This document shows, in pieces, positions 46,188-56,309 of a DNA stretch of 64,000 bases. The stretch is from Smithellaceae bacterium. GTDB taxonomy: Bacteria > Desulfobacterota > Syntrophia > Syntrophales > Smithellaceae. Positions within the stretch are counted from its first letter, which is position 1. Every line of letters starts with the position of its first letter. Location: the NCBI GenBank assembly GCA_963667845.2, contig CAXXVL010000002.1, positions 2,048,001 through 2,112,000 of the forward strand, read 5' to 3'. Made by a program: the position numbers and the translations under genes. The notes below the pieces were generated by a model. That model was given only the letters and a program-made list of their open reading frames with translations. It was not told the origin of the DNA and did not search any database.

Positions 46188-47927
46188 ATGAGCCAGCCGG
46201 CATCTGAAAACAATAACAAGAAGCGCAAACCTGCCAACCTGATCTATGGGCTTAGTGATCCCGTCCCGGGGCCAACGTGTCTTCTGCTGGGCCTGCAGCA
46301 CAGTTTTCATGTCACAACCGCCCTGATCTTTGCCATGATTGTCATCCAGGCGATGGGCGGTTCGCGGGAAACGGCAAGCTTCTTCATCAGCATGTCTCTC
46401 CTCGCGGGCGGCATCGCCGTCATCCTTCAGGCCCTGAACCGCAAAGGATTCGGATCGGGATATTTTGCGCCGTCCGTCTGCGAACCGGCGTATCTCTCCG
46501 CAGCCGTCCTGGCCGCCAAGGTGGGCGGCCTTCCGCTCGTCCTCGGGATGACGGTCCTCTCCGGCCTTTTCGAAATGGCGATTTCCCGCGTTGTCCACAG
46601 GCTGCGCAGTATTTTTACTCCGGAGGTCATGGGGCTGGTCGTGGCCATGGTGGGCGTGTCCGTGATTCCGGTCGCCGTCCGCAATTTCCTGGGGATTACC
46701 CAGCAGAGCTCCGCGATCAATCCCGGCATTGTGGCCGTCTCCGTCGTCACCCTGGGGACCATGGCGGCCATCACGATCTGGAGCCGCGGAAAGCTCCGGC
46801 TCTTCTCCGTGATCATCGGCATGGTGGTAGGCTACATCGTTTCGTTTCTGGCGGGGTTTCTGCCCGCGGGTCATATCCACCAGATTGCCGATAAACCCTG
46901 GGTGGCGCTGCCCGATTTCCGCATGCTCAGCTGGTCATTCGATGCATCGCTCATCCTGCCGTTTCTTATCGCCAGCCTCAGCACGTCCGTCAAGACGATC
47001 GGCAACCTGACGACCTGCCAGAAGATTAATGACGCGGATTGGAAGCGTCCGGACATGATGAACATCAGAAAAGGGCTCCTGGCGGACGGATTCAGCGTGA
47101 GCCTGAGCGGACTCCTGGGGGGCATGTCTCAATCCACGGCGTCGAGCAACATCGGGCTTGCCCTGGGCACGGGGGCCACAAGCCGCCGCATCGCTTTTGC
47201 CACCGGCGGAATTCTGATGGCACTGGCTTTCTTTCCCCGTTTCGCCGAAGTCTTTGTCGTCATGCCCCAGCCGGTGATGGGCGCCACACCGCTTTTTGCC
47301 GTCTGCTTTATTATCTTTACTGGTTTTCAAATCATGATGTCGCGCATGATGGACCAGCGCAAGATTTTCATTCTGGGCATTTCCCTGGTTTTCGGGCTGA
47401 GCGTCAGCGCCCTGGTGCAGACCTATTCGCAAATCGAGACGCCCTGGCTTCGTCCTTTGTTCAGCTCATCGCTCTACATTGCGACGATCCTGGCGATCGC
47501 GCTGACCATCCTTTTCCGGATCGGCCTCAGGAAGAAAGAGAAGACGACTCTGATACCGGGGCAGACGTCTTACGATGAAATCCGGGAGTTGATGGAAAAG
47601 CAGGGTGCGCTTTGGGGAGCGCGCCGGGAAGTGATCGAACGGGCCGCCCGTGCGCTCAATGAATGTATGGAACTCATGGCGGCCGAGGCGCTGACACAGA
47701 ACCCGGTCCGGCTGGAAATCAGCTTCGACGAATTCGACCTGGATCTGGTGCTCGAATACGACGGCCGGCCCCTCAAACTGGATCTGGACTATGCAGCGCC
47801 GGGATCAGTCGATGATGACGTTTCGCTTCTGCAATTGTCCGTTTGTCTGATCCGCAAAGACGTGGACCGGCTCACCAGCGCCGAAAAAGACGGCCGGCAG
47901 CGGATTACGCTGCACTACGACCATTGA
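46188..47927 (+). CDS. Xanthine/uracil (NCS2) permease with C-terminal soluble extension
   Basis: LGLQH, FTPEVMG, GLLADG, SNIG...TGATSR, MPQPVMG motifs; about 130-aa cytoplasmic tail. Confidence 0.88.
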   Translation: MSQPASENNNKKRKPANLIYGLSDPVPGPTCLLLGLQHSFHVTTALIFAMIVIQAMGGSRETASFFISMSLLAGGIAVILQALNRKGFGSGYFAPSVCEPAYLSAAVLAAKVGGLPLVLGMTVLSGLFEMAISRVVHRLRSIFTPEVMGLVVAMVGVSVIPVAVRNFLGITQQSSAINPGIVAVSVVTLGTMAAITIWSRGKLRLFSVIIGMVVGYIVSFLAGFLPAGHIHQIADKPWVALPDFRMLSWSFDASLILPFLIASLSTSVKTIGNLTTCQKINDADWKRPDMMNIRKGLLADGFSVSLSGLLGGMSQSTASSNIGLALGTGATSRRIAFATGGILMALAFFPRFAEVFVVMPQPVMGATPLFAVCFIIFTGFQIMMSRMMDQRKIFILGISLVFGLSVSALVQTYSQIETPWLRPLFSSSLYIATILAIALTILFRIGLRKKEKTTLIPGQTSYDEIRELMEKQGALWGARREVIERAARALNECMELMAAEALTQNPVRLEISFDEFDLDLVLEYDGRPLKLDLDYAAPGSVDDDVSLLQLSVCLIRKDVDRLTSAEKDGRQRITLHYDH

Positions 47928-48025
47928 GCCGGCCGGGCGTAGCTTGCGGCCTCGCCGCATGTCGCAGGGACGTTTTTATCCGGGTGTGACCTCTGACCCG
48001 CCTCACAGTCTAACAGCCGGCGCTC

Positions 48026-48721
48026 CTATTTTTCTATCTCAAACTTTGATTTCTCCGCACCGCAGACCGGGCAGGTCCAGGAATCGGGAATGTCTTCAAA
48101 CCGCGTACCGGGGGCGATGCCGCCATCCGGGTCGCCTTTTTCGGGATCATAAACATAGCCGCAGACAGTGCAGACGTAACGCGCGGCTGTTTTTGGGGCC
48201 GGTTTGACGCTCGCGCTGTCCTGGTCATAGGTTGGTGCGGTCTTGGGGGATTTGCCGCCCTTCACCGTTTGATAATAAGCATACGTCAGAGGCGTGCCGC
48301 TCCCGGTGAGATCCGCTTCCGTAACTTTGCCCACGAATATCGTGTGTGTCCCGCAATCGAGTTCGCACTCCAATTCCGCTTCAATGAAGCTCACGCAGTA
48401 ATCAAGGATGATCGGGACACCGGTTACACCGGGCTTCGTTTTAACGTCCTTAAGTTTGTCGACGTCGCGTCCGCTTCTAAAGCCAAACAGGCCGATGAAG
48501 GTCATCGGTGCGTCTTCCGCTAAGATATTCACGACGAACTTGCGGCTCGTCTTGATCAATTCATGGGTATAGTTTTCTTTGTTGATGCAGATGGCCAGGG
48601 TGGCGGGTTTGGAGGTTGCCTGGACAATGGAATTGGCGATCTGGCCGTTGAATTTGCCGTCCTGACCCGATGTCACGATGTACAAGCCGTAGCTCAGTTG
48701 GTGAAGGGCTGCTCTGTTCAT
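48026..48721 (-). CDS. Flavin reductase-rubredoxin fusion (high-molecular-weight rubredoxin)
   Basis: [44 protein letters not shown]...CPVC; start at MNRAAL. Confidence 0.92.
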   Translation of the reverse strand: MNRAALHQLSYGLYIVTSGQDGKFNGQIANSIVQATSKPATLAICINKENYTHELIKTSRKFVVNILAEDAPMTFIGLFGFRSGRDVDKLKDVKTKPGVTGVPIILDYCVSFIEAELECELDCGTHTIFVGKVTEADLTGSGTPLTYAYYQTVKGGKSPKTAPTYDQDSASVKPAPKTAARYVCTVCGYVYDPEKGDPDGGIAPGTRFEDIPDSWTCPVCGAEKSKFEIEK

Positions 48722-48962
48722 TCTTTTTTCCTCATTTCCGGGTTGATGTAGTCGGATCATTCTTATAACCGAATTTTTGTGTTCACGCCATGAAATTCCG
48801 CCCCGGGTTTTTTCTTTTGACAAATTGCCGTTTCTCTTATAGTGACTTCAAACAATTGAGATTTTGCCCCTTTATCCGATCTGGCGGGCAGGGAAGTGCG
48901 CGAGGAATTGGTTGTTTTTCAACTGAATCTGCCGGAGTTAATCTGAAAGGAAAGAAAGAATC

Positions 48963-49556
48963 ATGATGACCTATCAAGAGTTTATGCAGAGAAATTCCTT
49001 TAATTTTGTAGAGATTCTGGCTTTTGCCTATGGAAGCCTCGTTACGGACCCGCCGCCTTTTTTTGATGCGAGGCTGCCCGCGCCGCCGTTCCTGATGTTT
49101 GACCGGATAACGCTGATCGATTCGGACGGCAAGGGAGGGAAGATTATCGCCGAACAGGATATCCGCCTTGACGCCTGGTATTTTCAATGCCACATGCCCG
49201 GTGACCCGGTGCAGCCCGGATGCCTCGGCGTGGACGCGATCTGGCAATTGCTGGGCTACTACTGCATTTGGCGCGGAGCCCTGGGGACGGGACGCGCGCT
49301 CGGCTGCGCCGATGTCATCTTTAACGGCCAGATTCGGCCCTACAATAAGGTGGTCCGGTTTGAAGTGGACGTCCGGCGGTTTTCCCGCTTGAAGGAATCG
49401 GGCGCGTCGGTCGGCATCGGCGACGGCCGCATCTATGTCGATGACGAACTCATTGCCACTGTTGCTCAGGCGCGTACCGGGGTATTTAAAGAGATCGTTT
49501 ATCCGGACTATCCGAACCGGTCGAAAAATTCCGTGGGCGGGATCATGCAGAGGTGA
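48963..49556 (+). CDS. fabA: 3-hydroxyacyl-ACP dehydratase/isomerase FabA
   Basis: LPAPPFLMFDRI, WYFQCH.PGDPVQPGCLGVDAIWQL, GRALG (Asp-type active site). Confidence 0.92.
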   Translation: MMTYQEFMQRNSFNFVEILAFAYGSLVTDPPPFFDARLPAPPFLMFDRITLIDSDGKGGKIIAEQDIRLDAWYFQCHMPGDPVQPGCLGVDAIWQLLGYYCIWRGALGTGRALGCADVIFNGQIRPYNKVVRFEVDVRRFSRLKESGASVGIGDGRIYVDDELIATVAQARTGVFKEIVYPDYPNRSKNSVGGIMQR

Positions 49557-49670
49557 GGTGGGCAATCAGCGACATTGTTTTACAACCCGGTAGAAAAATA
49601 TTGAAAATCTTTCCCGATAGGCGCTATGATCGCGCGATTTTTTTATTAACTTGCTTGACTGGGACCGGTT

Positions 49671-50075
49671 TTGAACATTATAAAAAAGACGGCTCTTCAC
49701 TTAGCCCGTACGAAGTATTGCAAAACCGCGATTGAGGACCGCGCGGATCTCGCGGCCATTCGGGAAAAGCCGACGGTGCCGATGATTATCGGCCTCATTC
49801 TGATCGGATTCAGCTATACCATCGGCATGCCGACAGTCGTTGCGCTGGGCGTGTTTGCGGCTTCGATGGGGAAACCGCTTCTGGGTATCATCGGCGGGAT
49901 TGTGATTTACGCAATTTCCACCATTATTTTTATCATCGGCATCAAAATGGCGGGGAAAAAATATTTCCATTTAGTTTCCCGCTGGGTGATTCGGGTTGTG
50001 CTGGAAAAAATTCTCGGCAAAGATATCCGGCTGGTTTCCGAGACGGGTCCGGATAGCAAGTGTCAACAAGGTTGA
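49671..50075 (+). CDS. Hypothetical membrane protein
   Basis: Two to three hydrophobic helices; co-oriented within the lipid cluster. Confidence 0.7.
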   Translation: MNIIKKTALHLARTKYCKTAIEDRADLAAIREKPTVPMIIGLILIGFSYTIGMPTVVALGVFAASMGKPLLGIIGGIVIYAISTIIFIIGIKMAGKKYFHLVSRWVIRVVLEKILGKDIRLVSETGPDSKCQQG

Positions 50076-50194
50076 GGCGTTTTATGCGCCGACTTCGGCA
50101 GCAAACGAATACTGAATAATATTGTTCCCCAAGAATCGAAAATTCTCCGAGGCTTGACCGAGGAGAGCTCCAATTAAACATATTGAGGTGGCCC

Positions 50195-50464
50195 ATGAGG
50201 ACGGTAGAAGAAATAATCAGTGAATTAAAAGTTAAAATTATTACGACGCTGGGATTGCTGGATGTAACTCCGGCGGATATCAAGGATGATGATCAGCTCG
50301 TGGGTGGTGATACGGGCATTGATTCCATCGATGTCCTGGAACTGGTCATGATGATTGAAAAGGACTATGGCGTCAAAATCGAGAGCAAAGAACTCGGCGC
50401 CAAGGTATTTGCTTCGGTTCGCGCTCTGGCGACTTACATCCAGTCCAAGACGGCCAAAGCGTAA
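50195..50464 (+). CDS. Acyl carrier protein 1
   Basis: GIDSIDVLELVMMIEKDYGVKI; GAGG RBS. Confidence 0.92.
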   Translation: MRTVEEIISELKVKIITTLGLLDVTPADIKDDDQLVGGDTGIDSIDVLELVMMIEKDYGVKIESKELGAKVFASVRALATYIQSKTAKA

Positions 50465-50522
50465 TCTTCACTGTCTTGTGGCCGATGATTGTTTGCGCGA
50501 CCACTGCAACCTGGATGTTTTC

Positions 50523-51872
50523 ATGAAGAAAGTATTGCTGATCTCCGCCAATATGATGAAAAAGCCCTATCCGGTTTATCCGCTGGGCCTTGATTATGTG
50601 GCCGGTTCCCTGCATTCTCGCTACGAGACTAAAATTCTGGATATGAATGAGTTTCCCTCTCTCGACGCACTGGGCGAGCGAGTCCGGCAATATGCGCCGG
50701 ATTATATCGGTCTCTCCATTCGCAATATCGACAATACGGATACGATTAACAGCCGGGGCTATTTGTCCGATTATCAGGATCTGGTAGCCGCTATCCGGAA
50801 AAATTCGCAGGCGATTCTCATCCTGGGAGGAAGCGGATATACGATTTTTCCGGTGGAGTTTCTCCAGGCCCTCGGGGCGGATTACGGGATCGCCGGAGAA
50901 GGCGAGAAACTTTCCACGCTCCTTTCGGCATTGGATAATCAAAGCGATGTTGAGGCCGTTCCCGGGATCGTCACGCCTCGAACCTCACAGGTCAGCTATC
51001 AGGCGTGGGACGGCGGGATGCATCGGGCCTTTGATTCAGACGCGCCTCACGTCAAATATTATCAGTCTTACGGCGGTATGCTCAACCTGCAAACCAAGCG
51101 GGGCTGTCCGTTTCGGTGCAGCTACTGCACTTATCCCCATATTGAAGGCGGCCGGATGCGTTTTTTCGATCCGGCGGAAATCGCAGGCGAGGCGCGCCGG
51201 CTGCAGGATGCCGGAGCCAAATACATTTTTATCACTGATTCCGCGTTTAACGCGAGTTACGAGCACAGCCTCGAGGTGGCCCGGGCGTTTCAGGAAGCCC
51301 GGATCAGCATTCCCTGGGGGGGATTCTTTGCTCCCACCGTGCCGCCTGCCGACTATTTCCAGAGGCTCGCGGGGGCCGGTCTGACGCATGTGGAGTTCGG
51401 CACGGAGTCCCTGTGTGGCGCCATGCTCGTGAATCTGCGCAAGCCGTTTGTTTGTGCCGATGTTTTTAAAGCTCACCAAAGCGCTCTGGACGCAGGCCTT
51501 TTTATCGCCCACTATTTTCTGTTTGGAGGTCCCGGCGAAACCGAGGAAACGCTGCAGGAAACACTGAGCGGCGTGGATCAACTGGACCGGGCCGTTTTTT
51601 TCTTCTTTTGCGGCATCCGTATTTATCCGCATACGGCGCTTTACGACACAGCGCTTCGTGAGGGCCAGATCAGCGCCTCGCAGAATCTTCTGGAACCGGT
51701 TTTCTACCACTCCCCCTTTATATCGGATGTCGAAATTATGGAAAAAGTCGAAGCGCATGCCGGCGGACGGCTGAACTGGCTCGTCGGTGCAGGGGAAAGC
51801 AAGGCGACGAGGATTTTGCCCAGGCTTTATGACCGGGGGCATACCGGGCCGTTGTGGGAGCACCTCATCTGA
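50523..51872 (+). CDS. Lipid-biosynthesis B12-binding / radical SAM protein
   Basis: PYPVYPLG, SIRNIDN, GGSG, GEGE (B12-binding) and RGCPFRCSYCTYP; start MKKVLLIS. Confidence 0.92.
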   Translation: MKKVLLISANMMKKPYPVYPLGLDYVAGSLHSRYETKILDMNEFPSLDALGERVRQYAPDYIGLSIRNIDNTDTINSRGYLSDYQDLVAAIRKNSQAILILGGSGYTIFPVEFLQALGADYGIAGEGEKLSTLLSALDNQSDVEAVPGIVTPRTSQVSYQAWDGGMHRAFDSDAPHVKYYQSYGGMLNLQTKRGCPFRCSYCTYPHIEGGRMRFFDPAEIAGEARRLQDAGAKYIFITDSAFNASYEHSLEVARAFQEARISIPWGGFFAPTVPPADYFQRLAGAGLTHVEFGTESLCGAMLVNLRKPFVCADVFKAHQSALDAGLFIAHYFLFGGPGETEETLQETLSGVDQLDRAVFFFFCGIRIYPHTALYDTALREGQISASQNLLEPVFYHSPFISDVEIMEKVEAHAGGRLNWLVGAGESKATRILPRLYDRGHTGPLWEHLI

Positions 51873-51892
51873 CAATGCCGGATCGCTTTCTT

Positions 51893-51967
51893 CGGCTAAC
51901 TTTGTTGGCTGCGTTGTCGGTTTCCTCGACGTATTAAAAATACGCCTGCGGAACCTCCTCCTTGCCG
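51893..51967. repeat. REP/MITE-like element, copy 2
   Basis: Near-identical to 15256-15331 except the loop of the CGTAT...ATACG hairpin and a few substitutions. Confidence 0.8.
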
Positions 51968-52036
51968 AAGCTGATCCTTTGAAATCAATCCAGCATGATA
52001 AGAGACCTTTGCATAACAACTAGAACGAACAGTATT

Positions 52037-52091
52037 GTCATTCCCGCGGAGGCGGGAATCCAGAGTTATCGATGGTTTCCTGGATACCGGC
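52037..52091. repeat. ATTCCC-N8-GGGAAT palindromic (dRS3-like/REP) element
   Basis: GTCATTCCCGCGGAGGCGGGAATCCAG...CTGGATACCGGC. Confidence 0.65.
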
Positions 52092-52238
52092 ACTCGTGAC
52101 CTCGCGTGACCTTCAGGTTATTAGGTTATTCGCCGGTACGGGTGACCTGAAAGGTTATGACGAAAATTGGAGTTCTGCAAAGCTCTGGATAAATTAAATT
52201 GAAAACCCGATACGGGTTCTTCTTTGCAATGAGGCTAT

Positions 52239-53063
52239 ATGTTTCAGCTTAGTCGAGCGGAAATTACCGGTATCATCTTACTTATTGCCGGCTGTGCGGC
52301 CTTTTTTATTCATCCTCTGCTGGCGATCGCCCTTTTGTTATTTTATGTTGTTTTATGCGTGGGCGCCTGTTTCTTTCCCGGGACAAATTTCCTGGGAGAG
52401 GTGGTGAGCCGGGGGCGTACGGGTAAGAATTATGTAGCGCTGACATTTGATGACGGGCCTTCCGACGTCACAACCCCGAAAATCCTCGATCTGCTGGATC
52501 GGTATCAGGCGAAGGCCGCTTTTTTTGTTTCCGGCGTCAATGCCCTGAAGCATCCGGATCTCATTCGGGAGATCATCCGACGGGGCCATGAGATCGGCAA
52601 TCATTCCATGAACCATGATCCGCTGGTCATGCTGAAGGGGACTCAGAACCTGCAGCACGAAGTTCAAGAGGCGGACCGGGTTTTGCAGAGTATGGGTGTT
52701 TTCGCCAAGGCGTTTCGTCCGCCGGTCGGCATCATCAATCCGGAACTTCCTGCCGTCCTGGCCGAACTGGGACTCGTCTGTGTCGTTTTCAGCCGCCGGG
52801 CGCGGGACGCGGGAAATCGCCGTGTTCAGGATCTTGCTTTGAAAATTTTAAAAGACGTGAGAGGCGATGACATCATTCTTCTCCATGATAAACCGCCCCG
52901 ACGGCCCGCAGATTACACAATTTTGTGGCAGGAGATGGAATTGCTTCTGGCCGGCATCAGGGAAAGAGGATTGCAGATCGTGCCTTTATCTGAACTAACC
53001 GGAGAGCGGCTGATGAAGGTTGATCCCCCGCTGGGAAACGCCTGGTGCGGAAATTCAAATTAA
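52239..53063 (+). CDS. Polysaccharide deacetylase (NodB/CE4), membrane-anchored
   Basis: ALTFDDGP, GHEIGNHSMNH, FRPP.G, DIILLHD. Confidence 0.92.
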   Translation: MFQLSRAEITGIILLIAGCAAFFIHPLLAIALLLFYVVLCVGACFFPGTNFLGEVVSRGRTGKNYVALTFDDGPSDVTTPKILDLLDRYQAKAAFFVSGVNALKHPDLIREIIRRGHEIGNHSMNHDPLVMLKGTQNLQHEVQEADRVLQSMGVFAKAFRPPVGIINPELPAVLAELGLVCVVFSRRARDAGNRRVQDLALKILKDVRGDDIILLHDKPPRRPADYTILWQEMELLLAGIRERGLQIVPLSELTGERLMKVDPPLGNAWCGNSN

Positions 53064-53167
53064 TGATTGACCCGAGAAAAAAATTTTGATTGAAAAAACA
53101 AACAATGATATAGAATTCAACTTTTGGCTCAATAACATCGTTTATGTAAATCGACCGGAGGGACCTT

Positions 53168-53545
53168 TTGATCGATCAATGGAATTTGCTCAAAGATGTC
53201 AAGTGGATTGAACCTAATACCCTGGAGGCGCTGGTCCGGGTGCCCGGAGATTGCGTCTGGTTTACCGGGCATTTCCCCGGTGAACCGATTTTGCCGGGTA
53301 TTGCCATCGTTCATACGGTTTATGAAGCGATTTTGAAGCTTGCGAAGAGTGACGCAGAATCGATCAATATGTCGGCGCTTAAACGAGTGAGATTCACGGG
53401 GCCGGTTCGGCCGGGGGAAGCCTTCCTTTTGAACCTGACGAGGGAAGACGAGGCTTCGGCGATATTATTCAGTTTTAAAGTAATTCATGAAAGCAAGGTC
53501 ATTTGCAGCGGTCAGGTAACCGCGACAAAAAGAACACGAGGATAA
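53168..53545 (+). CDS. FabZ/ApeI-like dehydratase
   Basis: WFTGHFPGEPILPG, RVRFTGPVRPG. Confidence 0.85.
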   Translation: MIDQWNLLKDVKWIEPNTLEALVRVPGDCVWFTGHFPGEPILPGIAIVHTVYEAILKLAKSDAESINMSALKRVRFTGPVRPGEAFLLNLTREDEASAILFSFKVIHESKVICSGQVTATKRTRG

Positions 53546-53568
53546 ATTAGTCCAAAAGGAGGAGAAGG

Positions 53569-53841
53569 ATGCCTGAAAGCATAGACACAAAGGGCATTGT
53601 GCGGCATGTGGCCGAAATCATAATTGAAGAACTCAAGCTGGAAGATGTCACTCCCGACACGTTCAATCCGGAGATGGATCTGGTAGACGAGTTGGGCATC
53701 GACAGCATGGATCTGGCAACGATCGCGCTGGTCTTGCAGGATGAATATAAGATCGTCATCGACGAGGATGATTATCCCAAGTTGAAGACTGTCCGACTGA
53801 TCAGTGAATATATCGAAGAGAAACTCGCGACGAGACACTAA
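53569..53841 (+). CDS. Acyl carrier protein 2
   Basis: ELGIDSMDLA; highly acidic; AGGAGG RBS. Confidence 0.92.
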   Translation: MPESIDTKGIVRHVAEIIIEELKLEDVTPDTFNPEMDLVDELGIDSMDLATIALVLQDEYKIVIDEDDYPKLKTVRLISEYIEEKLATRH

Positions 53842-53859
53842 GGACAGCTATTCACGTCT

Positions 53860-54936
53860 ATGAGAGCCAATGTGAAGATAAAGCCCGAACCGGCCAGACC
53901 AAAGTTTTCCGATCTGCTTGCCGATCCGGACGTAAAAGGCCGCTGGGAGAAAGTCCGACGTTATTTTTTCCTCAGGGAATCGACATATGACATGAGCAAC
54001 CGCTGCAACATCCGCTGCGACGGCTGTTACTATTTCGAGGGCGACAAGCAGTTCGCTCTGGAAAATCTCAATGTCGAGGACTGGCGCGCCCTGATGCGCG
54101 CGGAAAAAGCGCGCGGTATTACCTACGTGGTCCTGGCGGGCGCCGAACCGTCACTGGTTCCCGAACTTCTGGACGCCTGCTACCTCGAGATGCCGCTGGG
54201 GAGCATTGCCACCAACGGCTTTAAGAAGATTCCCGAATCCGTCGGTTATAAAATCCATATTTCCGTGTGGGGAAACGATGAAACCAGTCAGCGGATCCGC
54301 AAGGCCAAAAATCTGCTGGCCAGGCAGATTGAAAATTACAAAGATGATCCGCGGGCGGTTTTCGTCTACACCTATACGCGGGAAAACATCGATGAGGCGC
54401 AGGACGTGGCCGCCGTTCTGGCCGCCCACAACTGCAAGCTGACCTTCAACGTCTTTTCGTCGCCCGTCGGCTACAATGGTCCGCTGCGCCACCATCCGGC
54501 ATCGCTTGCGCAAACCCGCCAGTCCATGATTACGTTGCTGCATCAATATCCAAAGAACGTTCTATTTTCCGTTTATAATGCCGTGGCCCATACGTCTTTG
54601 CTGGGACTGCACGACCTGTACAGCTGTTCGTATCCCCGCTGCAACCCCTCACAGGACATCGGCCTGGGGCGTTCCTTCCGTCAGTACCGGACGGACCTGA
54701 AGTGGGACCGGTCGGTCGCCTGCTGCGTGCCGGACACGGATTGCCCCGACTGTCGCCACTATGCTGCGGGATCCGCGGTCGTAACTGCCAGGCTTTACCG
54801 GCACGTCAATACTCCGGAAACATTTAAATCCTGGCTGGACTACGTGGACACGTACCTGGCCGTCTGGGTGATGGGGTACGAAAAAGGAAAAAATCTCTGC
54901 AATGAAGTGATCGAACCGCCGCCCGCTGTTCGTTAA
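53860..54936 (+). CDS. Radical SAM protein (paralog A)
   Basis: CNIRCDGC; GAEP; C-terminal CC....DCPDC. Confidence 0.9.
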   Translation: MRANVKIKPEPARPKFSDLLADPDVKGRWEKVRRYFFLRESTYDMSNRCNIRCDGCYYFEGDKQFALENLNVEDWRALMRAEKARGITYVVLAGAEPSLVPELLDACYLEMPLGSIATNGFKKIPESVGYKIHISVWGNDETSQRIRKAKNLLARQIENYKDDPRAVFVYTYTRENIDEAQDVAAVLAAHNCKLTFNVFSSPVGYNGPLRHHPASLAQTRQSMITLLHQYPKNVLFSVYNAVAHTSLLGLHDLYSCSYPRCNPSQDIGLGRSFRQYRTDLKWDRSVACCVPDTDCPDCRHYAAGSAVVTARLYRHVNTPETFKSWLDYVDTYLAVWVMGYEKGKNLCNEVIEPPPAVR

Positions 54937-54979
54937 ATGATATTGTTCGCTCATGATGGCATCAAAAAGGACAGAATAA

Positions 54980-55975
54980 ATGAAAATGATCAGCACCCTG
55001 CTGGATTCCGACTGGCATGACCGTTATCGACGGATTGCCAATCTCAATATCCGCAGCTCCATCTATGACCTGACCAACCGCTGCAATCTGCGCTGCAAGG
55101 GGTGCTTCTTTTTTTCTTCGGGCGAACATCAGGTCCTCGAAGAGATGGACATTCACAAGTGGGAACAGTTCATCGATAAGGAAAAAGCCCGCGGTGTGAA
55201 TCTGGCGATTCTGATCGGCGGAGAGCCGACGCTGTGCATGGACCGCCTGGAGGCCTTCTACAAAAAGCTGCCCACTTATTGCGCGACCAACGGTTTGATC
55301 AAGGTGTCCCGCGAAAAATTTCCCGACATGATGGTGGGCATTTCCCTGTGGGGCGGCGGTGAGGACGAAAAGATCCTCCGGGGGAAAGACACGTTTGCCG
55401 TCTCCAGCAAAAATTATGAAGGCGACCCTTACACCTATTATCTTTACACGGTTACACCCAAGCAGGTGGGCAGAATTGAGCCGGTCATAAAGCGCATTCG
55501 CGATGTCGGTCTGAAAGTACATCTGCAGATGCTCTCCAATGATGAGAGCGTTGACGGATTTTCCTGGCGAGACGGCGAACTTGCCGACCTGCGTTGCGAA
55601 ATGGACGAAATGCTGGATCACTATCCGCAAACAATCATCTCCAGCAAGTACTATCACGAAGTCATTACGACGGGTAGGATGCTGGGGCGGCGTTTCGGCT
55701 GGCGCGAATGCCCGTCGGTGACGGAATCCCTGGATACGCGGCAGCCACCCGCCAAACGTCTCATCCATTTTTACCGGTGGGCGGCCGATCTCCACACGGT
55801 TCACCGCTGCTGTACGTCGGCGACGCGTGACTGTTCCACCTGTAAAGACGGCGCGGCGCATATGAGCTGGATCATGGTTAATAAGCACATGCATATGGAT
55901 ACCACGCAGGATCTGCAAAACTGGATCGAAGTGTATGAAATGTTCGCCAAACTCTACCGGCTGATTCCCTGGTGA
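54980..55975 (+). CDS. Radical SAM protein (paralog B)
   Basis: CNLRCKGC; GGEP; C-terminal CC....RDCSTC. Confidence 0.9.
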   Translation: MKMISTLLDSDWHDRYRRIANLNIRSSIYDLTNRCNLRCKGCFFFSSGEHQVLEEMDIHKWEQFIDKEKARGVNLAILIGGEPTLCMDRLEAFYKKLPTYCATNGLIKVSREKFPDMMVGISLWGGGEDEKILRGKDTFAVSSKNYEGDPYTYYLYTVTPKQVGRIEPVIKRIRDVGLKVHLQMLSNDESVDGFSWRDGELADLRCEMDEMLDHYPQTIISSKYYHEVITTGRMLGRRFGWRECPSVTESLDTRQPPAKRLIHFYRWAADLHTVHRCCTSATRDCSTCKDGAAHMSWIMVNKHMHMDTTQDLQNWIEVYEMFAKLYRLIPW

Positions 55976-56123
55976 GGAAAAGGTGCAAGGTTCAAGGTGC
56001 AAGGTCCAGGGAGATGGGACCCCGCGTTTAATTTCTTCCTTCAAAAAAATCAAAAAAATTATTAATTGATATTTTTAGAAAGCTCTTGCATGATAACTGC
56101 TCATGAAAAGCGCGCCTTTAGCC

Positions 56124-56275
56124 GGCTGTTGAAAAAGGCTCATCTGCGGCGTTACGCTTCGGCTCTCGCTGCTCACGTACCGATAAAGTACGCTCCGCTG
56201 CTCGATCCTCGCGATGCCTTGCAGCTAAACCTTTTTGAACAGCCTGCAAAACAGGGAGTTTTTCAACACCCTGTT
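56124..56275. mobile_element. MITE-like palindromic element
   Basis: GGCTGTTGAAAAAGG...CCTTTTTGAACAGCC IR, plus TTTTTCAACACCC end; central CGTAC-N7-GTACG hairpin. Confidence 0.65.
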
Positions 56276-56309
56276 CATCGGCTCTTGATTCGAAAAGGAC
56301 AAATGTAAC

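Noticed and set aside
56066..56308. 80-aa ORF before fabF
   Set aside because: Coincides with the MITE-like palindrome; no RBS or protein motif.
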